Assembly (NCBI GenBank): GCA_963727625.1
Contig: CAVSHR010000005.1
Span: 832,001-896,000 of the forward strand
DNA: 64,000 nucleotides
Source: an uncultured delta proteobacterium
Lineage (GTDB): Bacteria > Desulfobacterota > Binatia > UBA9968
Direction: 5' to 3'
Part shown: piece after piece, positions 39,759 to 49,581 of the stretch
Position numbering within the stretch: the stretch's first letter is position 1
How the letters are laid out: the number at the start of each line of letters is the position of its first letter
The notes under the pieces: generated by a model
What the model saw: only the letters and a program-made list of their open reading frames with translations
Databases searched by the model: none
Told to the model about the DNA's origin: nothing
Position numbers and translations under genes: made by a program

Positions 39759-41048
39759 ATGAGCGTCAAAGCCTTTTCCAATTTTTACTCGCGCATTTTC
39801 TACGGTTGGCGCATGGTCGGACTGGTTTCGCTCATTCGCGTGGTCGGCGGCGGGCTGCATCAGTTCGGCTTCACGGTTTTCTTTCTGCCCATCAGCCAAG
39901 ATCTCAATATAAGCCGCGCGGCGACTTCGCTGGCGTTTTCGCTGTCGCGCGCTCAGGGCGCCGTGATAGCGCCGCTGGTCGGATATTTCATCGATCGCCA
40001 TGGCCCGCGGCCGATTCTCGTCACCGCGGTTTTTCTTGCGGGTATCGGTTACATCCTGCTGTCCTGGGTCAACAACTATACCAACTTCATGATTGTCTAT
40101 CTCGGCGTGATCTGCCTCGCGTTCATTGCCGGCTTCGTCCACTCCCCGATGGTCGTGGCCAACAGCTGGTTCATTCGCAGCCGCGCGCGGGCCATGACGC
40201 TCGTGAGCGCCGCCGTGCCCATCGGCGGGGCATTGATTTCGCCTGTGCTGGCACTTGGCGTCGCTTCCATCGGCTGGCGCTGGGCTGCGTTTGCCTCGGG
40301 CTGCATATTTCTCGTGGTTTGCCTGCCTTTGAGCTTTCAATTAAAGCGCTCGCCGGAAAGCATGGGACTATTGCCGGACGGTGACGTTGTGCCGTCGGAT
40401 GCCGGAGTCCGTCCGCCGCCCGACGCGCCATCCACCGACTCCAATGAAAATTTTACCAGCGGACAAGCGATGAAAACCGCCGCCTTCTGGTTGCTGGTCG
40501 TTGCCATGACCTTGCGGGTCACCTGCTATAGCGCGGCCATAGTTCATTTTATTCCCTTCATGGTCTGGAAAGGATTGTCGGAAGGCGCCGCCGCATCGCT
40601 GCTCGGCGCTTTTGCATTCATCAATCTACTTTCGCATTTCGTGCTCGGCTGGATCGCCGACCGGGTGAACAAACCCAAGCTTTTGGCCACCTGCCATCTC
40701 TTGCCCGCGCTCTCTTTGCCGCCGCTCTTGTTCGGCTTTGGTTATTGGCAACTTTGGTTTTTTACCGCCGCGTTCACGCTTTTGGATGCTTCATTCCCGA
40801 TTGTCTGGGCCACCGTCGGAGATTTTTTCGGCCGGCGCAATTTCGCCACGATCCGAGGAACGATGAGTTTCTTCTACAGTTGGGGCAGCTTCGTCGGGCC
40901 GGTGATGGCCGGAGTCGTTTACGACCGGACCGAGAGTTACTCGCTGGTGTTATGGATCTTCCTAGGACTGCTCACGGTCGCGACGCTGCTGGTTGTGTGT
41001 TTGATTCAGCCTTGGACAAGGCGTATGGCCGCGCTGAAGCCTGCGTGA
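39759..41048 (+). CDS. MFS transporter
   Basis: Multiple hydrophobic segments, GYFIDRHGPR, GWIADR. Confidence 0.92.
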   Translation: MSVKAFSNFYSRIFYGWRMVGLVSLIRVVGGGLHQFGFTVFFLPISQDLNISRAATSLAFSLSRAQGAVIAPLVGYFIDRHGPRPILVTAVFLAGIGYILLSWVNNYTNFMIVYLGVICLAFIAGFVHSPMVVANSWFIRSRARAMTLVSAAVPIGGALISPVLALGVASIGWRWAAFASGCIFLVVCLPLSFQLKRSPESMGLLPDGDVVPSDAGVRPPPDAPSTDSNENFTSGQAMKTAAFWLLVVAMTLRVTCYSAAIVHFIPFMVWKGLSEGAAASLLGAFAFINLLSHFVLGWIADRVNKPKLLATCHLLPALSLPPLLFGFGYWQLWFFTAAFTLLDASFPIVWATVGDFFGRRNFATIRGTMSFFYSWGSFVGPVMAGVVYDRTESYSLVLWIFLGLLTVATLLVVCLIQPWTRRMAALKPA

Positions 41049-41102
41049 TAAGTGCCGGCGATGAAAATTCGGTCGTAATGATCTCGATCGGTAGCGATAG
41101 GG

Positions 41103-41933
41103 CTAATCGTGTTCGCAGATATCGACAAACACGCCGTCAGGGCTCGAAGTCACGTGTATCGCGTGGCGGCAGGAATCGATCAATGCAACCCGTCTTTTGC
41201 CTTCGCTCGGTTCGGCGATGATGCGCTCGCGCATCTCGGGGTTGACTTCGCGCAAAGCGCCGAGCTCTTTCTTTACGGCGTCCACGCTCTCCACTTTGAA
41301 ACCGACGTGCTCCAGGCCGGGACGGTCGATGCCGGCGCCCTCGAAGTCGCTCATTTTCCACGGCGCGATAATCAGCGTCATTATACCATCGGTGAGATAA
41401 AAATTGGGATCCTCCAGCGCTTTGTCGGCTTCCCGGAGATCCAACATATCGCGGTAAAAAGCCGCGATCGCCGGCGCATTCATCACCCGCAGCTTGAGAT
41501 GGTGAATATGGCGAGGCTGTTCGCGCTGCTCACCAGCATAAACGTCTCTCCGATTCGACATACCTTCCTGAGTCAGGTCGAAGTAATTGCCTTCGGGATC
41601 GTGCGCGCCGTAGGTCGCGAACGGCCGGTTGGAGGGCCGCTTGAGCACGGCGACCTCGGGATAATTTTTCTTGATGCGCGCGATCGCCTCATCCACGTCG
41701 TCGACATCGACGCCGAAGTGATGGAGCCCCGGCAAGTAGCCGGGCTTTCTGCCGATCATGGTCACGCCGACATAGCCGTCGCTGATGCTCACGGCGTAAT
41801 TGGTGCGAATCGCCTTCTGTTCCGCCTCCGAGCCGGGTTTCGAGCGCGTCATGCCGAATACGGATTCATAAAACTTCGCCTCACGCACGAAGTTTTCGCT
41901 GACGATGGCAAAGTGTTGAATCCGGGTTAACAT
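41103..41933 (-). CDS. VOC (glyoxalase/extradiol dioxygenase-like) family protein, two domains
   Basis: HFAI, HHFGVDV, DPEGN, EHVGF, SPDG. Confidence 0.85.
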   Translation of the reverse strand: MLTRIQHFAIVSENFVREAKFYESVFGMTRSKPGSEAEQKAIRTNYAVSISDGYVGVTMIGRKPGYLPGLHHFGVDVDDVDEAIARIKKNYPEVAVLKRPSNRPFATYGAHDPEGNYFDLTQEGMSNRRDVYAGEQREQPRHIHHLKLRVMNAPAIAAFYRDMLDLREADKALEDPNFYLTDGIMTLIIAPWKMSDFEGAGIDRPGLEHVGFKVESVDAVKKELGALREVNPEMRERIIAEPSEGKRRVALIDSCRHAIHVTSSPDGVFVDICEHD

Positions 41934-41955
41934 AAGCCTCCCTGTGGTCGGCCTG

Positions 41956-42077
41956 GTTCAAAACGTTCCAACTGTTCAAGTTGTTCAAGCCGTTAAATTC
42001 CCCAAAACCAGTCCTTCAACCTTCGAAAACGACTTGAACGGAGGCGCAGCCGGTTGACCGGCTTGAACGGCTTGAAC
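41956..42077. repeat. Inverted clusters of GTTCAA/TTGAAC units
   Basis: Five GTTCAA-like units at 9-bp period, then four TTGAAC-like units. Confidence 0.75.
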
Positions 42078-42082
42078 ACGCA

Positions 42083-43066
42083 TCACTTCGAAGCGACTTT
42101 TTTGAAGAATCCTTCCTTGTCGAGCTCGTCTAAGATGCTCTCATCGAGATATTTATTCATGCTCATGTCAAGTTTTGGGTTTTCTTTTGCGAGCACCTCC
42201 AGGCTGTTCTTCATTCCATTTTGAGAGACCCTTATGGGAAAGGAAAACTTCGAGGCAAAATACTGATAGGTTTCTTCCAGCGCCTTCTGGTTATCCTGTT
42301 TTAGCCGCTTTTGGTATACGGAAATTGCCTTTTGCTTGTCGTGGATGAATACGTAGGTTGCCTCAGCATAGGCCTGCAGGAACCGTTTTACCACATTCCG
42401 GTTTTCTTTTAGAAAAGGGCGGCGCACGCCCACGGCAACCATGGGATAATCACCCGATTTGAGTTCGTTCAAATTGCTCAGCTCGTTCATACCCATCCGC
42501 AGAGCCTCGCCAAGCTCCGGATGAGAAAGCACAGTGGCGTCAAGCGCCTTGGTGGATAGGGCGATGAGCCGCTGGTTGCCGCCGCCGGCTTGAATAACCG
42601 ACACCTTGTCTCGGGGGATGCCCCACTCTTTTAGCAGAAGTGTTACGGCGAGATCGTTGGCTCCGCCAAATCCCACAATGCCAATTTTTTTACCAATCAA
42701 ATCCGCCGGCTTGCGAATCTCCTTCTGCGTCACAAAACTAAACGGAAATTTGTTGAGCGACCCGCCAACCATCACCATGTCGGCGCCTCGTGCTACGGCT
42801 TGAATAAATCCCGACGCGTCGACATGGGCGAACTGCAAGCTGCCGGAGATCAAGCCCTGAACCTGGCGGCTCGTTCCCCGTAGCAGCACCGTATCTCCGT
42901 CAAGGCCGTACTTTTTGAGAAATCCCAGATCGTCAACCGCCCACATGGGAGCCTGGAATCCTGCAAACCCGGCGTATCCCAGCATGTATTTTTCCTGGGC
43001 GACGGAGATTTTTGGTAAAACCAGCAGTGACAGCGCGAATAACAGTATCCCGCTTAAAAATTTCAT
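42083..43066 (-). CDS. ABC substrate-binding protein, NMT1/TauA-like
   Basis: Signal peptide, KKYGLD, DLIGKKIG, LDELDKEGFF. Confidence 0.88.
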   Translation of the reverse strand: MKFLSGILLFALSLLVLPKISVAQEKYMLGYAGFAGFQAPMWAVDDLGFLKKYGLDGDTVLLRGTSRQVQGLISGSLQFAHVDASGFIQAVARGADMVMVGGSLNKFPFSFVTQKEIRKPADLIGKKIGIVGFGGANDLAVTLLLKEWGIPRDKVSVIQAGGGNQRLIALSTKALDATVLSHPELGEALRMGMNELSNLNELKSGDYPMVAVGVRRPFLKENRNVVKRFLQAYAEATYVFIHDKQKAISVYQKRLKQDNQKALEETYQYFASKFSFPIRVSQNGMKNSLEVLAKENPKLDMSMNKYLDESILDELDKEGFFKKVASK

Positions 43067-43151
43067 ACGTTCTCCCTTCGTTTTGGTTCCGACTCACAAC
43101 GACCTTGCCGCTGAAAAGTATTGTAGAGCTATGCCATCCTAAGTCTACACA

Positions 43152-43170
43152 CCGGCAGCGATGCTGCCGG
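43152..43170. other. 8-bp GC-rich hairpin downstream of the Rieske gene
   Basis: CCGGCAGC-GAT-GCTGCCGG; no U-tract, so not called a terminator. Confidence 0.35.
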
Positions 43171-43177
43171 GCACCTA

Positions 43178-44470
43178 TCAACTAGGGAATTCGGGTTGCG
43201 CTTGATGATCTTCAACCAGCTTCTTGGCGAAATCTTTCCAGTGCATCGATTTTGGAATGACCTCGGAAACGACCATGAGATGCGGGAAGCGGTTCGCTTT
43301 TGGATCGCTGATTCGGTGGCGGGGCTGGCGGCCCTGCTTGACGTCCTCGATTCCATTCAAGAGAAGTTTGCGCGCCGCCACGATCGCTTTGTCCGACGAC
43401 ACCAGGTGCTCCATGGTGCGGTTTTGAACCGCGCCTTGGCTTTCCGTCGCGAAAGCGTCATGCGCTTGAAAGTTGAGCCCCATGCCGGTGAAGGTTCGAT
43501 CGCGCATAGAATCGCGGTCCTGCAGGTAGCGGTTCGCCGCCTCCTGGCCCAAGCGATAATCCGACGAGACATCGGCCCGGTGTTTTTTGCGCAGCTCGTC
43601 GGTAAGAGCCTTTTCCCGGCTGAACATGAAAACATATTTCCAGTGGCAGGTGTCGTCGATCGGCACATGCCAGTGGATCGCGTAGCCCTCGCCCACCGTC
43701 GAACCGCCAAAGGCGGACAGATTGGGCATGATGAAGTTGGTGATGCGTAGGTAGGTCTTGTCCGAGCCGGTGCCCCGTATCGTGTAAATCCGCAAACCGT
43801 AATCCATCACCTCGACCTCGATGATCGGCGCAAGGTCTTCGGCGAGCAGCGCATTGTCGGTCGTGCGGGTTCCCGGAACGATCCGCTTGTGCGCGACTTG
43901 GGCTTCGTTCAGGTATTGATGCAGAAAGGACAGATGGACGGGATCGATATTCCCTTCATTACCCTGGAGATAATTGCAGCGGTAAAAAATCTTGATCACC
44001 GTCCTCTGCGCTTCCGGCACGGTGAGAAATTCGTAATTTGGCAGCAGCGGCGGTTCGCCGCCTCCCATATAGGCAAACACCACTCCGCCGGCCTCCTGGC
44101 AGGGGTAGGCGAGATGGCAGATGGCGTCCCGCTGCGCCCCGCCGCCCGGCTCGCCGGGTTGTTCAAGGACACGGCCGCGAATATCGTAAAGCCAACCGTG
44201 ATAAAGGCAGCGCAGTCCGCCGTTCTCGACCCGCCCGTAACTTAAATCGGTGCCGCGATGGGAACAGTGCAGTCCCAACAAACCCGGCCGGCCTTGATCG
44301 TCGCGAAACAGCACCAGTTCTTCGCCGAGTATCTTGACCGTCAGCGGTACGCCGCCGGCAGGTAGTTCCTCGCTCAGCGCCACCGGCTGCCAGTAGCGCC
44401 GCATCAGCTCGCCGCAAGGCGATTTGGGACCGGTTTCGGTGAGGAGTCGGTTTTCTTCCTGGGGAATCAT
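43178..44470 (-). CDS. Rieske oxygenase alpha subunit
   Basis: CSHRG...CLYHGW; DPVHLSFLH. Confidence 0.92.
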   Translation of the reverse strand: MIPQEENRLLTETGPKSPCGELMRRYWQPVALSEELPAGGVPLTVKILGEELVLFRDDQGRPGLLGLHCSHRGTDLSYGRVENGGLRCLYHGWLYDIRGRVLEQPGEPGGGAQRDAICHLAYPCQEAGGVVFAYMGGGEPPLLPNYEFLTVPEAQRTVIKIFYRCNYLQGNEGNIDPVHLSFLHQYLNEAQVAHKRIVPGTRTTDNALLAEDLAPIIEVEVMDYGLRIYTIRGTGSDKTYLRITNFIMPNLSAFGGSTVGEGYAIHWHVPIDDTCHWKYVFMFSREKALTDELRKKHRADVSSDYRLGQEAANRYLQDRDSMRDRTFTGMGLNFQAHDAFATESQGAVQNRTMEHLVSSDKAIVAARKLLLNGIEDVKQGRQPRHRISDPKANRFPHLMVVSEVIPKSMHWKDFAKKLVEDHQAQPEFPS

Positions 44471-44557
44471 TGTCCCGCCCCTTAGAGATTCGTCGACAAT
44501 CCAATCGCCATCAAATGGCTACTTTATATCTATTTAATCTGCGGTTCGGCAAGTAGT

Positions 44558-44998
44558 TTAACGGGATATTTGCTTCACGATCCCGTCGATGAACCCTGCG
44601 TCATCTAGCTTCTTCACCCAGTTTAAATCCCACAGCGTCATCTGAGCCAAAGCGTCACCGCGTCCGGTTCGACATGCGCTCGCACCGCCATCGTTTTGCC
44701 TTTGAGATCGGCAATGATTTGGATATTTTGCGGCATCGACGAGAGCAAGTCCGCCGCCTTGGCTCGGCGCGCAGAAGAGGACGGCTTTCTTGCCCTTGGC
44801 GGCTCGCTCGTAGAGAAACTCCAAATGCTCGATCAGAACATCCGCGGCGCCGTTGAAGAGCGCCGCTTCATATTCGTCGCCGTCCTTGACCTTGCTGACG
44901 CGAACGTCGAAGTCGTAGTGGCGCGCGGCGATCTCGCGAATAGCGAAGATCACCGGCGTCCGATCGTCGTCGCGGTAGGCGAGCGTCAAGCCGCCCAT
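44558..44998 (-). pseudogene. Internally deleted substrate-binding protein (related to 60996-61946)
   Basis: N-terminus, shifted-frame DLKGKTMAVR, then a direct join to TLWDL..LDDAGFID C-terminus. Confidence 0.7.
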
Positions 44999-45008
44999 TT
45001 TCGAACTC

Positions 45009-45458
45009 TCACGCTGACCCATCAACGCGCCCGCTCGCGGCTTCAATAGCGGATCGGATTCGGGTGGCAAAGCTGATGTCGGGCCGAACTTTCAAAATGC
45101 TGCCATGGGAGACATTGACCGTGCCGGTCTTCACGCCGCGCGGCTTCGACACGTAACGCGCGCGCGTACAGTGCACCGGCACCATTCGGGCGTTGCGCGC
45201 TTTACTGTGATAGGCCGCTACCGCCGCGGCTTGGCGCAGGGTTTCACGGCTCGGCTCTTCACTTTCTTTGGACTGGAGAATGATATGACTGCCGGGAACT
45301 TTGTCTGCGTGAAACCACCAGTCGTTGGGCGCCGATATTCTGGTGCTCAGATAATCGTTAGCGGCATCGGTGGCGCCGGCGAACAGTTTCCATCCGCCGG
45401 GAAGCTCGTAGGCGAATAGGCGCGGCTTGGCGGGAGTCACCATCGCATCGTTGGTCAA
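45009..45458 (-). CDS. NFACT-R (DUF814) RNA-binding domain protein
   Basis: ND.LS, WWFHA..PGSH, AAYHSKAR, VSKP.G.K.G.V. Confidence 0.85.
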   Translation of the reverse strand: MTNDAMVTPAKPRLFAYELPGGWKLFAGATDAANDYLSTRISAPNDWWFHADKVPGSHIILQSKESEEPSRETLRQAAAVAAYHSKARNARMVPVHCTRARYVSKPRGVKTGTVNVSHGSILKVRPDISFATRIRSAIEAASGRVDGSA

Positions 45459-45468
45459 TCCGCTTCGA

Positions 45469-46488
45469 CTATTTGCCGTGCAGGCGCTTGAAGAAGCCTT
45501 CTTCTTCCATGTTCTTTAGCAGCGTAAGGTCGAGAAATTCCGCGGCCTTCCTGCCGCGCAAATGCGGCAGTATGCGGCTCAAATCTTCGATATCGTTTTG
45601 AATCGCCGCTTCGTTGGGAAAAGGCCGGATCGGAATCGAGCCGAGCAAATAATTTTTGTGCATCGACTCGAGCAGCTCCTGGTCGGTGATTCTCATATGC
45701 TTGCGATAGGTCTGCATGGCCACTTCTTTGTTGTTGCGACCGATCCAGATGCCCTCGGTGAGCGCCATGAGAAAACCCTTGAGCTGGCGTGGGCGCTGCT
45801 TCAGCATTAGGCGGCTGGTCGCAATATCGCTGCCGGTCGTGAACACCCCGGCGTCGTAGAGATCGGCTAGAACGGAAAATTTCATACCGCGATGGGCAAG
45901 TGCCAGCAGGTTATCCTCCGTGCCCAGCGTCGCGTCGATCTTTCCTTGCATCAGCATTAACAGGCGGCGGTCCGATTCGCTTACTCCGGTGGGGATAAGT
46001 TGCACATCCTTGCCGGGAATCAGTCCGAGCTTGGGCAGCAGACGCTGCAAGGCAAAGTCGGAGCCGGCGCCGATGCGGCTGGAGCCGATGATCTTGCCCT
46101 TGAGCTGCTGCACGCTCTTGATCGAGGGATGAGCGATCAGTTTATAAGCAATATGGCCGAGGCTGGCAATGATCACGATCGGCGCGCCGCGCGCCGCCGC
46201 GCCCACCGCGGAAGAACCCGACGCGGCAATGATATCCACGCTGCCGCTGAGCAAGGCGTTCACGGAAGTGACGCCGGAGGAAATGTAAATCAAATTGCCG
46301 TCGAGACCATATTTCTCGAATAGCCCCAGATCCTTGGCGATCCAGAGCGGCGCGCGGGTTCCCGACACAGAAGCGTAGGAAATGGTGAACGAGTCGAGCT
46401 TCTTGTCTTGCGCGAAGCCCCCCCGTGAAGCGATCACGATCATGAACACGACTATTAGCGACCAGAATGTTTTCCCGAAAGACATCAT
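45469..46488 (-). CDS. ABC substrate-binding protein, NMT1/TauA-like
   Basis: PLWIAKDLGLFEKYGL, LKGKIIG. Confidence 0.88.
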   Translation of the reverse strand: MMSFGKTFWSLIVVFMIVIASRGGFAQDKKLDSFTISYASVSGTRAPLWIAKDLGLFEKYGLDGNLIYISSGVTSVNALLSGSVDIIAASGSSAVGAAARGAPIVIIASLGHIAYKLIAHPSIKSVQQLKGKIIGSSRIGAGSDFALQRLLPKLGLIPGKDVQLIPTGVSESDRRLLMLMQGKIDATLGTEDNLLALAHRGMKFSVLADLYDAGVFTTGSDIATSRLMLKQRPRQLKGFLMALTEGIWIGRNNKEVAMQTYRKHMRITDQELLESMHKNYLLGSIPIRPFPNEAAIQNDIEDLSRILPHLRGRKAAEFLDLTLLKNMEEEGFFKRLHGK

Positions 46489-46525
46489 AATCGTCCCTCC
46501 GTTACGATGCGCGATCTCCGCGGCA

Positions 46526-47257
46526 TCAGTAGTGCTGACCTTCTTTTAACGTGCGGATTCCGGCGCGAATCTGCGCCTTCGATTTCACCTTATGTTTGTA
46601 GAGCAGGAACGGCCAGGCGCGATAGGGATTCTCCAGGCGCGCGTTGTTGCGTCCTCGTCCGGCGTCGACCATCGGCTTGAGTTCGGTAAGGCTCATCATC
46701 AAAAGCTGGTCCTGACACGCCCTCTCCAGTTGAATCGCCGAGATACAAGCGCCTTCGATCCCCGGCCCGGCCACGACGATGCCGTGACCGCGGAGAAACG
46801 TCGCCCAGTGGGCGCCAAGATTTTCTACCATGCGCTGAGCCAGAGCGAAATCATTGATGCCCCGGCTCTCTGGAAAGATCGGTACGCCGTCGGCGAATAT
46901 ACGTGCTTCGCGGTTGAACGGAATCAAACCTTGATCCAGCAAGCCGACCAGGATCGAATAGCGCGCGTGACAGTGAATCACGCTGCCGACATCGGGCCGG
47001 GCGCCGTAGACGGCGGCATGAATCGGCGATTCGGATGGAATCGGCCCTTTGCCGGCGATCCGTTTGCCGTCGAATGTGACGGTGCAAATGTCTTTCGGAT
47101 CGGCGAGCGCACCGGCAAAGCGCGGGTTGATGAGAAAAGTTTCCGTGCCCGGAATACGCGCGCTCAGATGCCCCGAGCCCGTAAGCACGCCTTCTCCGGT
47201 AATAACTTGAATGCCCTCGACGAGGCGGCGCTTCAAATTTTGGACTTTCGGAGCCAT
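46526..47257 (-). CDS. Class II aldolase/adducin family protein
   Basis: GHLSAR, PSE..IH, HCH, LRGHG. Confidence 0.9.
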   Translation of the reverse strand: MAPKVQNLKRRLVEGIQVITGEGVLTGSGHLSARIPGTETFLINPRFAGALADPKDICTVTFDGKRIAGKGPIPSESPIHAAVYGARPDVGSVIHCHARYSILVGLLDQGLIPFNREARIFADGVPIFPESRGINDFALAQRMVENLGAHWATFLRGHGIVVAGPGIEGACISAIQLERACQDQLLMMSLTELKPMVDAGRGRNNARLENPYRAWPFLLYKHKVKSKAQIRAGIRTLKEGQHY

Positions 47258-47351
47258 TGAACCCTTGAACCTTGAACCCTTGAACGATTTCGCGCTTATC
47301 GCACTGTGTTAAACGTTTCAAACCGCTTGAACGCTTTGAACGGCTTGAACC
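47257..47351. repeat. TTGAAC repeat clusters
   Basis: Four units at 7-8 bp period and about five at 9-bp period. Confidence 0.75.
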
Positions 47352-48080
47352 TTATCCCCGTTTCAGCCACTCGCAATAAAACCGCCATAGCGTCTCCGCC
47401 CCGCCCCCACCCATGCCCTGCCCGCGCCGGTTCATGAAAGCATCCATGTCCCCTTCCGATATCGTCGAGACTTTGCCCAGTGAGGCGGCCTGCAAATTGA
47501 GTTTGGCCAGGGTATCGAGTTTGACCGCCTTAATGGTCGCGTCCTCGACGTCCTTGCCGCAGACCACCGCGCCGTGACCGCGCAGCACACAGATATCGTT
47601 GTCGCCCATCACCGCCATCATCTCGCGCACCTGATCTTTTGAATGAAGCGTGACACTGCTCTGATAGACCGGAATGCCTGCGATTGCCATGCGCATGGCG
47701 CGCGGATCATACCCGCCGAAAATCGGCCTGAGCTCGATCCCGGCCATGCTGGTCAGCACGATCGAGGCGGGATGCGCATGCACGATCGCGCCGACGTCGC
47801 TGCGGCACTTGTACAGCTCACCGTGGATGCAGGACTCGTTGGGCGGCTTGAGCGCGCCGCTTTTTTGCGTGCGCTGTCCTTCGAAGTCGGCCCGCACAAT
47901 GTCTTTCGGCCTGGTGAATAATAACCCGCTTTCTTCTCTGCCGCGGCCGCGGATCCACATGGATTTGCCGTCGGCGCTGCGCGCGCTCACATGGCCGGTG
48001 GTCTCCTTGAACATGCCGAGCTTGGCGAGGATCTGACACGACAGCGCTACTTTTTTGACGAGAGCGGCGTCGCTTAAGGA
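47352..48080 (-). CDS. Class II aldolase/adducin family protein (start uncertain)
   Basis: GHVSAR, PNE..IH, HAH, LRGHG; the open frame upstream of ATG 48014 encodes DAALVKKVALSCQILAKLG. Confidence 0.82.
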   Translation of the reverse strand, partial: SLSDAALVKKVALSCQILAKLGMFKETTGHVSARSADGKSMWIRGRGREESGLLFTRPKDIVRADFEGQRTQKSGALKPPNESCIHGELYKCRSDVGAIVHAHPASIVLTSMAGIELRPIFGGYDPRAMRMAIAGIPVYQSSVTLHSKDQVREMMAVMGDNDICVLRGHGAVVCGKDVEDATIKAVKLDTLAKLNLQAASLGKVSTISEGDMDAFMNRRGQGMGGGGAETLWRFYCEWLKRG

Positions 48081-48277
48081 ATTCTGAATTTTGGATTTTC
48101 GATTTTGGATTGCGCTGCTCCCGGAAAAGCTATGCGCTTAGTAACACGCGGTCATTCTTGCGTCAACGCGAGATTGATCAAGCGAGGAATCCTTCATTGT
48201 GTGCAGTCTGGCCCTGTATTCAGTCTGTGCCATGACCTTTTGTTGACGGCCGAAACATATTTCGATACCTGTCATCC

Positions 48278-49228
48278 ATGCCGCTTAAAATTTGGCTCCG
48301 CGTAAAACTTCCTGAAAACGAGGTCGCGTCGCTTCGGGATAGCTTTTCCGATTGTGCTTTGCTCCAGGGAGACGATGCGGCAATCGATGCGCAATGGCTG
48401 CGCGAGGTCGAAGGGGTTTTCACGGAAGAGGTTTTACCGGACGAGCTGGTCCAGCGGATGCCCCGCTTAAAATGGCTGCACGTCACCCGCGGCGGCGTGA
48501 ATTCATATCTCACGCCTACCGTGACGGCGCGCCCGATCCAGGTAACGGGCTCCAAGGGCGTACACGGCACGGTCTTTTCCGAGTTCGCCCTGGCCTGCAT
48601 TTTTGCCCTCGCGAAAAAGCTCCCAGCATGCTTCGAGGCGCAAAACGCACGTCAATGGCAGAAGCTTCAACCCGTCGAAATCGAAGGCCAAACTCTCGGC
48701 ATCATCGGCCTCGGAACCGTAGGCACGGTGTTGGCGCAAAAAGCTAAAGCCCTAGGCATGCGTGTGATCGCGACCAAACGTAGCCTTACTGATAAGCCGG
48801 ATTACGTCGATCAGCTCGGCGCGGGCGACTTCCTACCCGAGCTTCTCACACAATCCGATTACGTGGTTTTGCTGCTTGCGTCGGTGCCGTCGACTTTCAA
48901 CCTCATCGGCGAAAACGAGCTGCGCCGAATGAAAAAGAGCGGCTACCTGATCAATCTCACGGGCGGCCGAGCGATCGACGAAACATTGCTCGTGCGCGCC
49001 CTCAAGGAAAACTGGATCGCCGGCGCCGCACTGGATGCCTTCGCGCGTCAGCCGCTGCCGCAAGATTCCGAGTTATGGAACCTGCCGAACGTGATCCTCA
49101 CGCCGCGCATCGCCGGTCTCACCAGCCAAAAATGGCCCGCCCTGCTGCCGATCTTTACCGACAATTTGCGACGCTTCCTCGCCGGCCAGCCACTGCGCAA
49201 TCTGGTCGACAGAGAACTCGGGTATTGA
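48278..49228 (+). CDS. D-2-hydroxyacid dehydrogenase family protein
   Basis: GIIGLGTVG, GAALDAF, ILTP. Confidence 0.9.
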   Translation: MPLKIWLRVKLPENEVASLRDSFSDCALLQGDDAAIDAQWLREVEGVFTEEVLPDELVQRMPRLKWLHVTRGGVNSYLTPTVTARPIQVTGSKGVHGTVFSEFALACIFALAKKLPACFEAQNARQWQKLQPVEIEGQTLGIIGLGTVGTVLAQKAKALGMRVIATKRSLTDKPDYVDQLGAGDFLPELLTQSDYVVLLLASVPSTFNLIGENELRRMKKSGYLINLTGGRAIDETLLVRALKENWIAGAALDAFARQPLPQDSELWNLPNVILTPRIAGLTSQKWPALLPIFTDNLRRFLAGQPLRNLVDRELGY

Positions 49229-49468
49229 TCCATTCGAGATGTTGGTTGATGGGAAGGGAGCAAATGCGTTTCACGGTTAGACCCCAATCCCGCTGGGTGA
49301 AAAGCGAAGCCTCCGCTTAGATGCGCATCGTTAAAAATTGGTATTGTGTCCCCCGGAATTGCCCCAATTTCATTATATGGCAAAGCCCGGGAGGCGGATC
49401 TTTGAGGCTCATGCAAAGATGTTAGGCTCAGGAGCGCTCTGACTCACTACCGATTTTTCACCAACCAC

Positions 49469-49501
49469 TTGAACGGTTTGAACAGCTTGAACGTTTTGAA
49501 C
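49469..49501. repeat. Four TTGAAC units at 9-bp period
   Basis: ttgaac-ggt-ttgaac-agc-ttgaac-gtt-ttgaac. Confidence 0.75.
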
Positions 49502-49581
49502 TCCCTATAAATTAAGCTCGCCTTGTCCCCCGCCATCTTTCTGTAGTAGATTCCCGGGTAATCAAGCAGGAGGTTAGCGTC

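Noticed and set aside
41956-42077. TTGAAC clusters as a CRISPR array
   Set aside because: Units are 6 bp with mostly 1-3 bp spacers; no 25-40 bp repeats and no cas genes
44558-45070. 170-aa ORF as an intact protein
   Set aside because: The middle section is out of frame and most of the binding-protein fold is deleted
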